DNA of 64,000 bases from Camelus dromedarius (lineage: Eukaryota). Under the pieces are notes generated by a model, which was not told where the DNA came from, ran no database searches, and was given only the letters and a program-made list of their open reading frames with translations. How positions within the stretch are numbered: the stretch's first letter is position 1; each line of letters begins with the position of its first letter. Positions 50,240-62,896 of this stretch are shown here, in pieces. The stretch covers positions 25,854,001-25,918,000 of the forward strand of contig NC_087442.1 in assembly GCF_036321535.1 (NCBI RefSeq), given 5' to 3'. Both the position numbers and the translations under genes were made by a program.

Positions 50240-50765
50240 CTGAAGAATGCAACATGGCAGGACAGTGACACGCATTCTGCTTATGGTCTATATACGCATG
50301 ACTTCAATTATTTGGCTGTCTCTGTTAACATGACTTTGTTGTTCTTCATCAACATGAATTTAATATTTCAGGGAATTCTTGTCTAGAAAAAAAAAAGATA
50401 AAAATAACCCTGTTTGTGCCAGGGAGTTCCCAAAAAACTCATTTAAAGAAGTGCCAAACTACCCAGCTGTCCAGCAGGCAGCATCAAACAACTGTTTACT
50501 TCCCCAAACTCTTTGATACTCATTCTTCCAAATCCTCACCTTGCTGGACGGAATCCTCCAGTCCTAAATTATAATGACCCATACCAATCTCAGTCAAGCC
50601 CTTTATTGAATATATGAACAGACACCTTAAACCAGACTCCCAGTCCTCACAAATACCCTGGTTTTGCCATTTCTTTCTGAGATGTTATTAAAACTCTCTC
50701 AAGAGTGTGTTCTCCTTGACTGTGGTAAGAATGCACTCAACTTTGTGGTCTCCACAGGAGATTTG
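50240..50765 (+). mobile_element. 3' LTR of the ERV1 provirus
   Basis: Shares blocks with the 5' LTR: gctgtct..taacatga, tcaacatga.ttta.tatttcag, gcatcaaa, cctcaccttgc, aatctca..aagccc, cttaaaccag, ttctcctt. Start position approximate. Confidence 0.7.
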
Positions 50766-51723
50766 TATCTATATCTATACATTCCTTTTTATTTTAGCTA
50801 TATTAGGGGGCTAAAGGTTATCAATTTTGACTTTAATTTGCATTATTCAAATGACTATTGTTATTGAGACCTTTTCTATATACTTATGGAAACCTACATC
50901 AATACAAATTGTAAGAGAAAAAACCCAAATAATTTATAACAAAAAATTATAATGATGAATTAAAATCAACAATAATATAGAATTAAAGACAAAGAAAGAG
51001 TAACAGTAAATGAATCCTGTAATTTACTAAAAACTACACCAAAGATACCCTAATAATAGTGTATGATTCTACTGGAAAATTTAGGAATCTCAACTATCTG
51101 AAGAAAACTGCTCAGCAGGGCTTTATAACATTGTGAAGCATAGCATGGCAGCCAGACTTCTTAATGGACTGCTTCATTAAAGCCCTTAGAAGATTCTTTT
51201 AACAGTAACTTTGATTTGTGAGTGATAAATGTTAATGAACCTTTATAGCTCACTTAATAGGTTTCTATATAGTGAGGAGGTCCTTCTTATTTGTCTTTGG
51301 ATCACACTTTGAAGATCACTGATCTAAGCATTGGTTCCCAAAAGGAAGACCACTGGGATATTTTCTCAAAGGACAGATTACTAGTGTGCTTTCTATATCT
51401 GTGTATTAATAAAGTAGAATCCCAAAATATTCCCTTTGAAAAAAAAGAGTCCTAAGTTAAGTTATCCAATAACAAAGGGTTGATCTATTCAGAAACATAC
51501 CAGATTGTACCTGCTAAAGTGACCATTATTCTCTTGGGAGCCTAGTTTTTCTAGCACATTTAAATGCTAAATGATTAGCAATATATTTGCATAAGATAAC
51601 TTTTTTTACTCATTAAGCAATTTCCTTAACAGTGTTGCAATTTCTACAGCTTGACCTCTAACAAAGACAGCTGGGTATTATTTTAAATTTGCTTTAGAAT
51701 TGTTAAAATGGAGACAAACTAAA

Positions 51724-52032
51724 AATTTTATGTATATTTTTATTGAAGTATAATCAGTTTACAATGTTGTATCAATTTCTAGTGTACAGCACAGTGCTTC
51801 AGTCATTCATGAACATACGTATATTCATTTTCATATTCTTTTTCACCATAAGTTACTAAAAGATACCAAATGTAGTTCCCTCTGCTATACAGCATGAACT
51901 TGTTGTTTATCTGTTCTACATATATCAGTTAGTATTTGCAAATCTCTAACTCCCAGTTTATCGCCTCCCACTCCCTCCCCTATTCTGGTAACCACAAGTT
52001 TGTTCTTTATGTCTGAGAGTCTGTTTCTGTTT
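51724..52032 (-). mobile_element. Young 5'-truncated L1 3' end with TSD
   Basis: tttttattgaagtataatcagtttacaatgttgtatcaatttctagtgtacagc...ggtaaccacaagtttgttc. TSD GAGACAAACTAAA (51711-51723) / GAGGCAAACTAAA (52033-52045). Confidence 0.9.
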
Positions 52033-53044
52033 GAGGCAAACTAAATTTTTGATTAAAAGGAAAAGCATGTGAATAAACCGTAACAAAAATACCCAGCAGT
52101 TTCTTAATGAGCTTCAATAGAGTTGTCTAAAGTGAACTGCCAAAGATACTTTCAGGAATTAGAAATAGACTCATAGGGGCCAAACTCCCAGTCTGAGTCT
52201 CTGCCCCAGTTAGTATTCCTGAAGCCTGATATGAAATATCAAAGCAAAATTTATTTTCATTATCCTTAGGAGATAATCCCCAATAGTAGCCTAGAATTAC
52301 CATTTGTAGCTCACTGAGGACTCAAGATATCCCAATTAATAGTGTGTTTCGTACTATTTATGACCAGAAAATAAACTTGTGGTCTAAAACATTTTGTAAA
52401 CTTGTAGATGCAAAGAAAGGCAATTCAGTTTTCTGTGAGATTGGGTTATTTTATAAGATGCCCTATGGTTTTCTAGACAGAGGATATAAGAAAATTTGTT
52501 TTGTTTTACCTTACTGTCCAAAATACCTTTTGGAAATGTTTCTTTTTGGCTTTAGTAGTTGGTTTGGCTTGGCTGCTGCATCCTCCTCCCAGAGCCAGAG
52601 GATCTAAGAAGTTAGCTCTCTCTGCTTGCCTAGTCCACAGAGGATGTGGCCCTGAATGTCATGATGATGGCGAACATGGAGAAGCTCAAGAAAATAAAGA
52701 AGGCAAACAAACAGTTGAAATGCTTGGATCCTAGTCTGGAAGACGTAGACTGAATCTAGGGGACCAAAAATGAGGGCTGCATAGTTGTCACTGCTGATGT
52801 CCTCTGCATGGTGGGGGACACGAGGGAGTGGGGATGGCTTTGTAAGGACATGTATTCAGTAAATCCATGGATACCATGTTCTGCATCCCTAAATATTGTC
52901 TTGTTTAATAAGGATGATGATCACATCATAGGAAACCCAGAAAAGGCCAGAAAATTAATTGGAGAAGGCCAAGACTAAGATAGAAGAAACCATGTTGAAG
53001 ACTATTACAGTTTTGTTTGTTAATTTGCTTGTTTTAATTATGCA

Positions 53045-53372
53045 AAAGTAAATTCACCATGCAGCATGTGAATTAAAGCTTCAGGGTGCATCACCTGGTG
53101 AATGCTGAGATTTCTGGGAGTTGCTGTGAGTTTTAGATGGAGGGGAAAATCCAGGTTGCCATCAGGAAGCATTTCACTGTTGGTATCGCTGGTAAACAGC
53201 CCAAGAAATCTCTGAAGAAAATCTGCAGTAACTTTGGTGGTTGATTTTCTCATTCTGAATGAATTTTCACTTTTTTATCTCATATTGTCTTTGTATTTCT
53301 TTATTTCTTTATGAAAGATCTCCCAACATTGCATGAGCTTCAGGCCCAACAAAATCTGAATCAACCCTTGAT
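53045..53372. mobile_element. Probable old hAT-type MITE remnant
   Basis: Left end aattcaccatgcagcatgtgaattaaagcttcaggg and right end gagcttcaggcccaacaaaatctgaatcaaccc resemble the two ends of a mammalian hAT MITE; family name not recalled. Confidence 0.4.
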
Positions 53373-53519
53373 TTTGTGGTTTGCTCACGATTTCAGACAG
53401 GGAGCTGGACTCTTTCTTGACACTTCAGAAACATGCATCCTGTGAACAGATGATTTATGCAATATCTGTAGTGTTCACTACTCATGTTTGAGTGATCGCC
53501 TTAAAAAGATCCATCTCAG

Positions 53520-53630
53520 TATATATGTGTGGGTGGGGAGGGCTATATGCGACTCTCTGTATTTTCTACTCAGTTCTGTTGTGAACCTGAAACTGCTCTA
53601 AAAGAGTAAAGTCTATCAAAAAAAAAAAAA
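53520..53630 (+). mobile_element. Very short L1 3' tail insertion with poly-A and TSD
   Basis: ctctctgtattttctactcag...gtgaacctgaaactgctctaaaagagtaaagtctat followed by an A run. Direct repeat ATCCATCTCAG at 53509-53519 and 53631-53641, with a TT|AAAA endonuclease site at 53501. Confidence 0.85.
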
Positions 53631-54219
53631 ATCCATCTCAGAGATATGGTCACTAACAGAGGAGAAGGTCTCCAACATGAGTTTGCCTTGTAACAGTTTT
53701 GGTTGCACAAATGCTATTAGTTAGCCTTCTTCCAATACATAGCTATTAAGAGATGAACAAACCTGGTGAGATAGATATATATATATATTATGCAAGAGGA
53801 ATGAGACACCACATAACAGGCAGCAGCTGGAGCCATGCAGGTCATTGACATATTGGTAAATTATTATTAAATATGGCAGTAATTTTTAATGCTTCCGAAA
53901 GCAAGAATTTCATGTCCTTACGTACTTTGTCAACATTTTTAATAATGTAAAATGTATTTCCTCTGACATCAGATACAGTTAGGTAACAGAAAATCTTCCT
54001 CATTATGGTGTCCATTTATTCAAGCTTTCAGCCCCTAAGTAGGTAATCGATAAATGTTTGTTGAATGAATTCTTTCAACTCTCAGATAATGACTCCTAGA
54101 TATAAAGGGTATATATTTAAATGACCCAGTGATAATCAAACTTCAAAAATTAGTGCTTGCTTATAGATGGGAAAATAATTTTTGAGATGCTTTTCAAATT
54201 ATTGAGTGTAGTTTTACTT

Positions 54220-55640
54220 GAGAGTTTAAAAATATATCTTTTTATTGCTAATTGCTGGCATAGCTGCTGACATGGCAGATGCTCAACAAGTGTTTGTTGA
54301 ATTCATGAATGTATTGGGCATGTTAAGGGTTAGTTCATTCATCTGAAAGTAGACATAGTTTATTTACATTTAGGTTGACAATTTATTTGAATAATGGTAT
54401 AGACTTGTCAGCAATATATTGAAGTTACTTCTAATGTACTGCTATGCATGAGACCCTCAAGGAAAATCCAAAAATAGTGTAGATGAGAAGTAGAGAAAAT
54501 TTTGTAGTCTCAGGACTGACAACCCTGAAGTAATTATATGGCCAAAGATAGTAAGGATGGCCAATGATAAGCATGGGCCAGTAAAAAGGACAAAGGAGGA
54601 AATTTGAGGTTGTGAACAAAAACACATAAAGGGGATGATTAAGATATATGTGGGACGTGCTGGTTTACTTGATGAAGCTGGAGCAGTGGTATGTTGAGGA
54701 GTAATGAGATGTTTGTAGATGAAAGTATGGGGATGGTGGACCCCGTTGATGAAGGGTCTTAGATGCCAGACTCAGGAATTTAGAAGAGATGTCAGAGGCA
54801 AGAGAAAGTGATTCTAAGAGACTGGCATGATGAAAGCAGTGTTTGAGGAAGATAATCCTGGCAGCTGTGTGCAGGATAGAATGACAGGCTCAGAGGCTGG
54901 AGACTTAGCAGGTAATTGGGGGCTTCGCAGTAATCCCAGTAAGAAGATAAGGAAGATAAGGTCTGCTCCTGGGAGGTTTCTAGAAAAAGGAGGCGGATAA
55001 TACAAATGCATGAAGAGGGGCAGGGACAGCCTTTTATTGACTAGGGGGAGATTCAGGGAGCCAGTTAAATGGTGGTGTCATTTGACTGGGTTTAAGACGT
55101 ATTTATATTTCAGATGTCACAGACTCCTTGGGACATGCCTTCTGACATAGATGAAGGAAAGGGGTCAAATGTAAAGATATAAGCTGTAAACCTTAGGAAT
55201 TACCAATGTAAGGATGATAGCTGAAACTGTAAGGATGGGTAAATATAGAGAATAAACTGAGGAGAACAGAATATCTAAGTAAGCAGCATGAATGAAGAAT
55301 AGGGAAGGAGATGGGAAAGAGTGAAACTGTAGCTGAGGAAATAGGATATCATGTTTTAAGAAGAGAAGAAAGATTTCAAGAAAACAATGACCAATTGGGC
55401 CAACTGTAGTCAGGGAGACTAAAAACAAAGTTGAAGATGTAAAAGCTTAGTGGGGGAAATTCATTCATCTAGGGGCAGAGGAGGGAGAAGAAATGATTTT
55501 CCTTCTTTTTTCAAAAAGAAAAAAAAAACAACTTTCTCACAGTTACCCTGGAAATATGAGGGTGGACATGGTATTGTCAATGCTTTCAAAAAGATTAATA
55601 CAAGTTTTAATATAAGGGGGTTATATAGTGAGGTATGGAC
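54220..55640 (-). mobile_element. L2 LINE fragments
   Basis: gatgctcaacaagtgtttgttgaattcatgaatg (L2 3' end) and antisense L2 body (gaagataatcctggcagctgtgtgcaggataga, atggtggtgtcatttgactggg). Confidence 0.7.
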
Positions 55641-58600
55641 TTGATTCTTGTAATATTACAGCTTAAAGCTATGAAGTGGAAAAAATAGATAATTTTAATC
55701 CTCCAGGCTGAAGACAGGCAGTTCAATCCAACTCCTAAATGGAAGAATTAGATATACTTTTAACTTTAGGGTGGATGAGTCATTTTTTTAAGAGTTCTTT
55801 GTTGGACTATTCTTAGTGACTTGATACAGAGGCTGGTGAATATGTTCCCGTTCTCTTGCTTAAGTTTTCAAAGTGCTGGAAATAGAAAAGAGTACAGAAT
55901 TTAATCCTGTGATAAACAGGAAAAAAAATACTTATTTTTAAGCTCACTCAAAATATGTAAGAGATGTGAAAATAAATCAAAACTTGACGTTGGAAGGAAA
56001 TTGAGACTTATACTCCTGGTTCTGTGACTGTGATATTTACAAAGGACATAAGACAAAATGGATTTCGATTTTAAAAAATAAAGGTCTATTATGTATTTGA
56101 TAACAAATAATAAATTATATTTAAGTAATTTTTTGTGATATATGGTAAAACATGAGCTCCTCTTAAGCTGACTATATACGGTCAGTTTACTACCCAAGCT
56201 AATTGGTCATATAACACCGACAAGGCTGAAAGTTTTTTGCACTTAACTCTATGCAGTGTCATTGTCAAATATGTATGTGATGGTTCTCAATACAGGTAAC
56301 TGGTTTATTAGGCAGGTTCATTCTGGTGGAGTGAAAGTATGGAATAATTTTATTCTTTCCCAGTTGCTACTTTCAACCATGCTCTGTTAAATCTCTCTTT
56401 CCAGTCCTCTTAAAATTATCTTACACTGTTTCTGTCTTTTCATCCAAGATATTAAAAAATTGATTCCATTCCAGAATGACATGAGGTCACCTACATGCCA
56501 AATTAGCCCAGTTCCTCCCTATGTCTTGTGCTTGTTTAAAGGTCTAAGGAAGTTGTACTCTGGAGTTACATGTAGGGGTCCAGTTCTTTCATTTCTTCTT
56601 CCTTTCTAATTCTGTCCCCTCCTTTTCTGGGTTTACTGTTCTCTTCTTACAGTGGAGACTGGGAAGAGAAAGATGAGACCAGCCAAATGTTTACATGGGA
56701 TGCAGGCATGAAATATTAAAGAGTTTCGCTCCAATTCCTATTCTAGGTACCTCTCATATTCTCTTGTTGCTGTAGTCCTGTTGCTCATGATATTTGAAAG
56801 ACAACTCAAGCATGGGTATCCTGCCTGCCGTTTCTAGCTGGGTAAATAGTGTCTTTCTCCATTTCACTATTTTTTAACAAGTAGGCACAGAGTCATTTCC
56901 CCGATCCTGTTGCCCAAGGGAAATTAGATGCAGTCTCTACTTTTGCAGGTAACCCCAAATTCAGTTCTTCACTTGGCCTGTGGTAGCTGAAAGGATGGTC
57001 TCACCATCTTTTCCATTTTGCCTTTCAGGCAGGAGCTGACGATAGCTCCCCATCCACCGTAGCCAGCTCCCTCAATCCTTAATTGTCATCTGTTGGCTTC
57101 TTGTTATTTGCTGTCCACACCCTTGTACATTGTTCTTTTATTCAGCTGTCTTCCACAACCTGTCAGAATATGCCATATGCGTTCTGTTGTAACTCCGACT
57201 GAAGTTAATGAGAAACACAATCTCTACAGCTCTGTACCATGAATATTTTAAGGTGAAAATGTGATTTACACATATTGTCTTATTAGCTATTCATATCCAA
57301 AAGCTATGAGGGAGACAGAACTTTAGAATATACTAATTTGAATTAAAATCTCAGCTCTGGAATACATAAGCTCATTTGTAAAGTGAGTGTATACATGCCT
57401 ACTTCATGAAGCTGAAGAAGATTCATAAAGTTGAAGATTCAATGAGATGAAGGAATCACCCAGCAGGTCATATCCAGTAAATATTCATTCAACCTCTACT
57501 TGAGGCCAGGCACTTAAGTTCTTTCTGTATTGTAAAATGTTACATAAATACAAGTTAATTTAATTCTTAATCTGATGGAGAAGTACCTGGCAGCCATGAA
57601 AGCATCCTTCTTTGTGTGGAAGGAGGAAGCTGAGACTGGGGAAACTATGTCTGGCCCTTTCTTGTGTCCTTCACTTGATTCTCGTACCGTAACAGCAGCG
57701 TCTTCATAGACATCCAGTTTGCACCCTCTAGTAATGAAATGAAGCAAAATCCAATATGTTTAAAAAGTCATAATTGCTAGGGACTTATTTTTATATATGA
57801 CAATAGTGAAAGTAAGGGAAAAAATATCAAGGCAATCCTGTGTAGAATTTCTTAAAATGCCACTATTAATAGGTGACAATCCAGCGATTATACTGAGTCC
57901 CCATAATTAAAAAAAATTTTAAGTAAATCTCAAATGGTAAATTTGTAAATAGTACCTGAATAAAGTTTAGTTTAAAAACTGCAGTTAAAGGAAGAATATT
58001 GTCCTGAGCGTTAGGAGGCTTGGGATTTAAGTCCATTTCTGCCATTAACAGGCTATTGACCTCGGGCAATAATTTAACTCTTTGAGGTCTTATTTCTAGT
58101 TCTATGGTTCAGTTAAAATATTTTATGGCAAATTAATTTATAAACAATATATTTAACATTTCCCAAATTACTAATTCAATGCAGTTGAGAAAAACGTGTT
58201 AGACTCCTACGATGTGAAAAGCACAAAGCTGAGTACCACTGTGGGGAGATAACGAGATAAAGGAAAGCTAGTCCTGACCTCAGTGAGTTAGAGGGAGTAA
58301 AATGTCAATGCCAGGAGGAACTAAATAAATTCTGCATCTGAGGTTAATAAAGTATTTAATGAAAATGCCAGGAGAAGCCTTTTTCCCCTCCTATTCAAGG
58401 AAGGAAATGACACTGTAGAGTAGACAGCTTTTATAAATCAGTAGTAATTGTAGCAGCTGAGAATTGTCTTAAAGAGAAATCTAGCATTAAAAAGTATTTC
58501 CTAAAATTGTTTGCAGCTTTTTTTTTAATTGATGGGGATGAAAAGAAAATACTAACTTCAAAATTACTAACAACTTTTGATAGCTGGTAAAAAATGAATA

Positions 58601-60049
58601 TGTATTTTTCTTTCAATAGATTTTGACCTAATGTCTGACAGGGCCATTAACTCATTAAAATAGTGCTTTAGATTCAACACGGAAGTGGAGGCTTCTGTTT
58701 CTCCTGTTCAACATTTCATCAAGGATCTCAGCTCTGCACTTCAAGTACAGGGGAAAACACAGCTTCCACATAGTTACCCGAGGACCCCTGCTTAATAAGC
58801 TTGGTGATATGCCAAGATCTGTAATAATAATAGTAATAGTAATAATAAATTTTTAAAAACCCTCGAAAGTTACTGTACCACTGTGATAAGACTCTAAATA
58901 TTTACACATTGTAACCACTGGTATCAGGGTGTCTATATTCAAATATGAAATCTATAATCATCAATATTCTTATGCATTCAAATATGTGATGAAATTTCAA
59001 TGTTTGAAGATTCTTAACTTCTAGAAAGGAAGATGATTCTTTAAGTATAGGAATTCTTTAAGGTTCCATTTATATGGGTCACGTGTATGATGTGACTTAC
59101 GATACATATATTTATAAGCTAGTCTCTTGGAGTTGCAATTCGATTTTGTTATTACTAGTGTTTCTAAAATCACAGATACATTTCTTCTGTATCTGTAATT
59201 ACATTATAGTTGTATCAGGAGAGCTACCTACTTGAAGGAAATATGTGAAGTATCCTTGTGTAAAGTGAATAATAACAATTTAATTTTGAATAAGTTCATA
59301 TTTTTATATATTACTTTTTGCTTAAAACAAGGGAACACTTGTATGGTCATTAAATTTTGGGGTCTTCAAAAGCCCTGATAAGTTTTTTCTCCTTTGATAT
59401 ATATGGCTGGGCAAAAGTGGTGGTGGGGGTATGGTTTGTGTGTGTGTGTGTTGGAGGGACAGTAGTTAACAGCCTTCCCTTCTTTCATCTAAGAAAGAAC
59501 ATATGGGTATTGCCAGCTTATCTTGCCCCACTTCCTGCCCTTTGAAAATAGAAGAGTGGATGGGCATTCTCTTGAGGAGAGCTGTCCTGGAGAATGGCTA
59601 ATTGCATCTCCCCAGAGGGATGTGCAGGTGGAGAGAAATGGGATGTGCTGTGAGCACAGCATCTGAGAGGCTCTGGCAAGGAGGAGGGAAATGATCTAGG
59701 GAACTAGATCATAGAAAAGACAGAGTGAGTCCTTTTATGCTAAGGATGTGAGAGGAGTCTAGGCATTTCAAGGTGCTAAAAAAAAGAGGATTCTAATTAG
59801 CATCACTACAGACTCTATACCGCCTTATGTAAATGTGCAAGTTTTCAGAATGTGCAAGTACTAATTGGAGTTTGTGTTTGGGCTGTGTTGTACTAAATCA
59901 CATGGGTCACGGCAACAACTGTTACATATGTGAGATACATTCCCTTATAAGGGAAAAAAGTTATTTAAAGTGCATAGTACACAGTAGGCACTCTATAAAT
60001 GTTAGCAATTATTTTAAAAAATTCTCTTCAAGGAGACACACATACAAAC

Positions 60050-61330
60050 TGCAAGGCACCTTTTGCCATAACCAAATTCTAGAAATTTATCCTAAAGAAA
60101 TAATTTTGCATATGAATTTCTGGACTATGAACTAAAAGAACAGGAATTGCATATATAATGTTCATAAGAGAAGAAATTTTAAATACTGAAATTTTATTTT
60201 AAAAGAAGAAATAATAAATGAGAAAAAGAAATATAAAAACTGTGATAAATGGAAAGCACAGAATAAGTTAGACTTAAAGCCACATAATGTACACTACATT
60301 AAATGAAAGAGGACTCCAGTTAAAAGACTAATGTTGTCTGGCTGTAGAGTAAAAAAAAAAATGCAGATGTTAGGTTAAATCATATAAATTGCCAACAATT
60401 GATGATTTTTGATTACAGGAATTGTAATTGCATATGATTCAAGCTAATAATGTTATTTAGAACAGACAAATATAAAACATAAGGCTAGAGAAACACTGAA
60501 GTTAAAGAAATGGAAAAAAAAATCTCTGCAAACAGTAACCAAAATAAAGCTAATTTATTTATGTAAATATAAGATAAAATAGAATGAAAAACAGAAAGCA
60601 TTATCAGAGATAACAAGGGTCAATTAATAATGATAAAATTTTCATCTCAGTAAGGTATCACAATTTATAATTTGTAAGCTTTAAATATAGTAGCCTTCAA
60701 ATATAGAAAACAAATAATGAACAAAAATACAAGGAGAAATTGACACATCCACAATCATAGTAGGATATTTAGCCTGAATTTCTCAGTGATTAAAGAGGAG
60801 CAAAGAAAAAAATCAGTAAAGAAATCTTGTGCTAGTTCATCTGATTTGAGAAATATAATTAACAAGCAAACTGAGGGCCAGATATTATGTTCAACAACCT
60901 CTTTGAACCTCCAGTAGTAAAAGTGGAGGGAAGAGTTAATGAACTTGAAAGAAATCAATAGATATTATCCAATTTAAAAAACATAGAAAAAAATTTTTTT
61001 AAGTTGCCACATAAAACTAGAAACAACACAAAAGAATACACAAATTCTGGAGCATAGAATATCTTATACATGTAAGATGTATAAATAGTCATATAATATA
61101 TTAATAAAAGTAAGCTCCAGAAGGCTGCTTTATCAAGGAGTTAACAGATTATCAATAGGTAACAAAATATTGCTTCTTTTTCTTTTCTTTTTCATATTGT
61201 CTAATTTTCATTAAATGTTTAAATAATTTTTATAAATAAAAACTTATTTTTCCTCCATCAAATACACAAGTAAGGGGGAACTAGTCTAATAATTAAAATG
61301 AGGAACTATCTTTCCAAGTGTGAGGCAGAG
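60050..61330 (+). mobile_element. Degraded old L1 fragments (endonuclease region and 3' pieces)
   Basis: tacactacattaaatgaaagaggactccagttaaaagac, gaaagcattatcagagataacaagggtc, acaaggagaaattgacacatccacaatcatagtagg. Confidence 0.65.
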
Positions 61331-62149
61331 ATAATCTGTACAAGAATCATCTTAGCTTTCTACTTCAAAAAGGTTATCAGGGTCTATGCCAGTCCTATAA
61401 TCAGAATATCTGGAGCGTGTACCTGGGATTCTTCAGGTTAATATTTTAACAATTAAATTTAAAAAAAAAAACCCATTGAAATAGCAATATAGGGGAGATG
61501 GTTAAATTCAGGCAAGCTAGCAATGATCTCAATGATTGACAGTTACAATAAGTGCCAGATAGATTTCCTCCACTTTAGTCCACTGATATGGCAGGATGAG
61601 TCAATTGTGGACACAAAATCTATTATTCTGCTGTCATATTCACAGAGCATTAGAGCTTGGTTCTGTGATCTGAGAAATAGAATCCCTTCGTGGAATTAAT
61701 TTTGACATTCACAGATAGTGATGGTGCACTTAGCTTTACTTACATACTTCTAAAGACAGGATTTCCAAAGGTAATTTGTTGTTGTTTCAAGCATAGAGGG
61801 CTAGACATTGGAATGAGCAAATCCTTAAGTGCACTCAATTTAAATATACCTGTACATTCCTACATATACCTAGCTAAAGACTAAGTATACTTTTGAATGA
61901 GTTCGGGGGGATGGAAATTTGAACAGAGGCTTTAAATAATAGGTACTAAATGAATAGTTTCTTTCCAATTCTGAAAAAAAAAAAACGGTCAACAATTTGA
62001 GAAGTGTCTATGGAGTACAATTTCCTTTCATCCCCTACTAAGGAAATTTAGCCAAAGTTCAAATGACTAAGAGATTTTATTTTGCCAGAAATGTATGTAA
62101 TTCAGGTGAATAGAGTCAGGTAATCTCAAGTATAGGAGATGGCATCACA

Positions 62150-62385
62150 CACAGTGTGGTTTAGCATAGACAGTGTGGCTGAAGAACATTAGTTCTGGAA
62201 TCAGACCTGAGTTCATTCCCAGTGTCTACGCTTATTATCTATGTAATATTGGGTATGTTAGTTAACTTTTCTAAGCCTCCGTTATTTATCTGTGAAATAA
62301 GAGCTTATATTATTGAGCTCAAAGAGATGCCTACTATTTAGCAGACTGCCTGGTGAATAGTAAATGCTCAGTGAATTATTACTAA
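62150..62385 (+). mobile_element. MIR
   Basis: gaacattagttctggaatcagacctgagttcattcccag...ttttctaagcctccgttatttatctgtgaaataag...gcctggtgaatagtaaatgctcagtgaatt. Confidence 0.75.
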
Positions 62386-62407
62386 TATCGATAAATATTA
62401 GCACATC

Positions 62408-62896
62408 AGTATTAGTCAGGGTTCTCCAGAGAACCAGTATAAACCTACAGAGATACAGATACAGATATAGATACATCTATGAAATATATAGATATGTGTG
62501 TGTGTATGGAGGGAGAGAGAGATTTATTTTAGGAATTGGATCATGGTATTATGAATGCTGAGACGTCCCACAATCTGCAGTCTAAAACTGGAGAAACAGG
62601 AAAGTCAGTGGTGTCATTTAGTCTAAGTCCATGAGCACTGCTGTCAAGGGCAGGAGAAAATGGAAGTCCAGCTCAAGCTGAGAGCAAATTCACCCTTCCT
62701 GTATCTTTTTGTTTTATTCAGGCCCACAACAGATCGGGTGAACCCCACTTGAACTGGTAAGAGTGATGTTTACTCAGTCTACTAATTCAAATTCTAATCT
62801 CTTTTGGAAAACCCTCATGGATGCACCCAGAAATAACGTTTACTATCCAGACATCCTTTAGCTCAGTCAGATAAACAGATAAAATTAACAATCACA
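62408..62896 (-). mobile_element. MLT2B-like ERVL solo LTR
   Basis: gtattagtcagggttctccagagaac...(GATA/AT)n...gtcccacaatctgc...ctggagaaacaggaaag...cccagaaataacgttt...aaaattaacaatcaca. Confidence 0.85.

Noticed and set aside
53038-53253. 71-aa ORF with protein-like composition
   Set aside because: Overlaps a probable hAT MITE remnant and lacks flanking splice signals.
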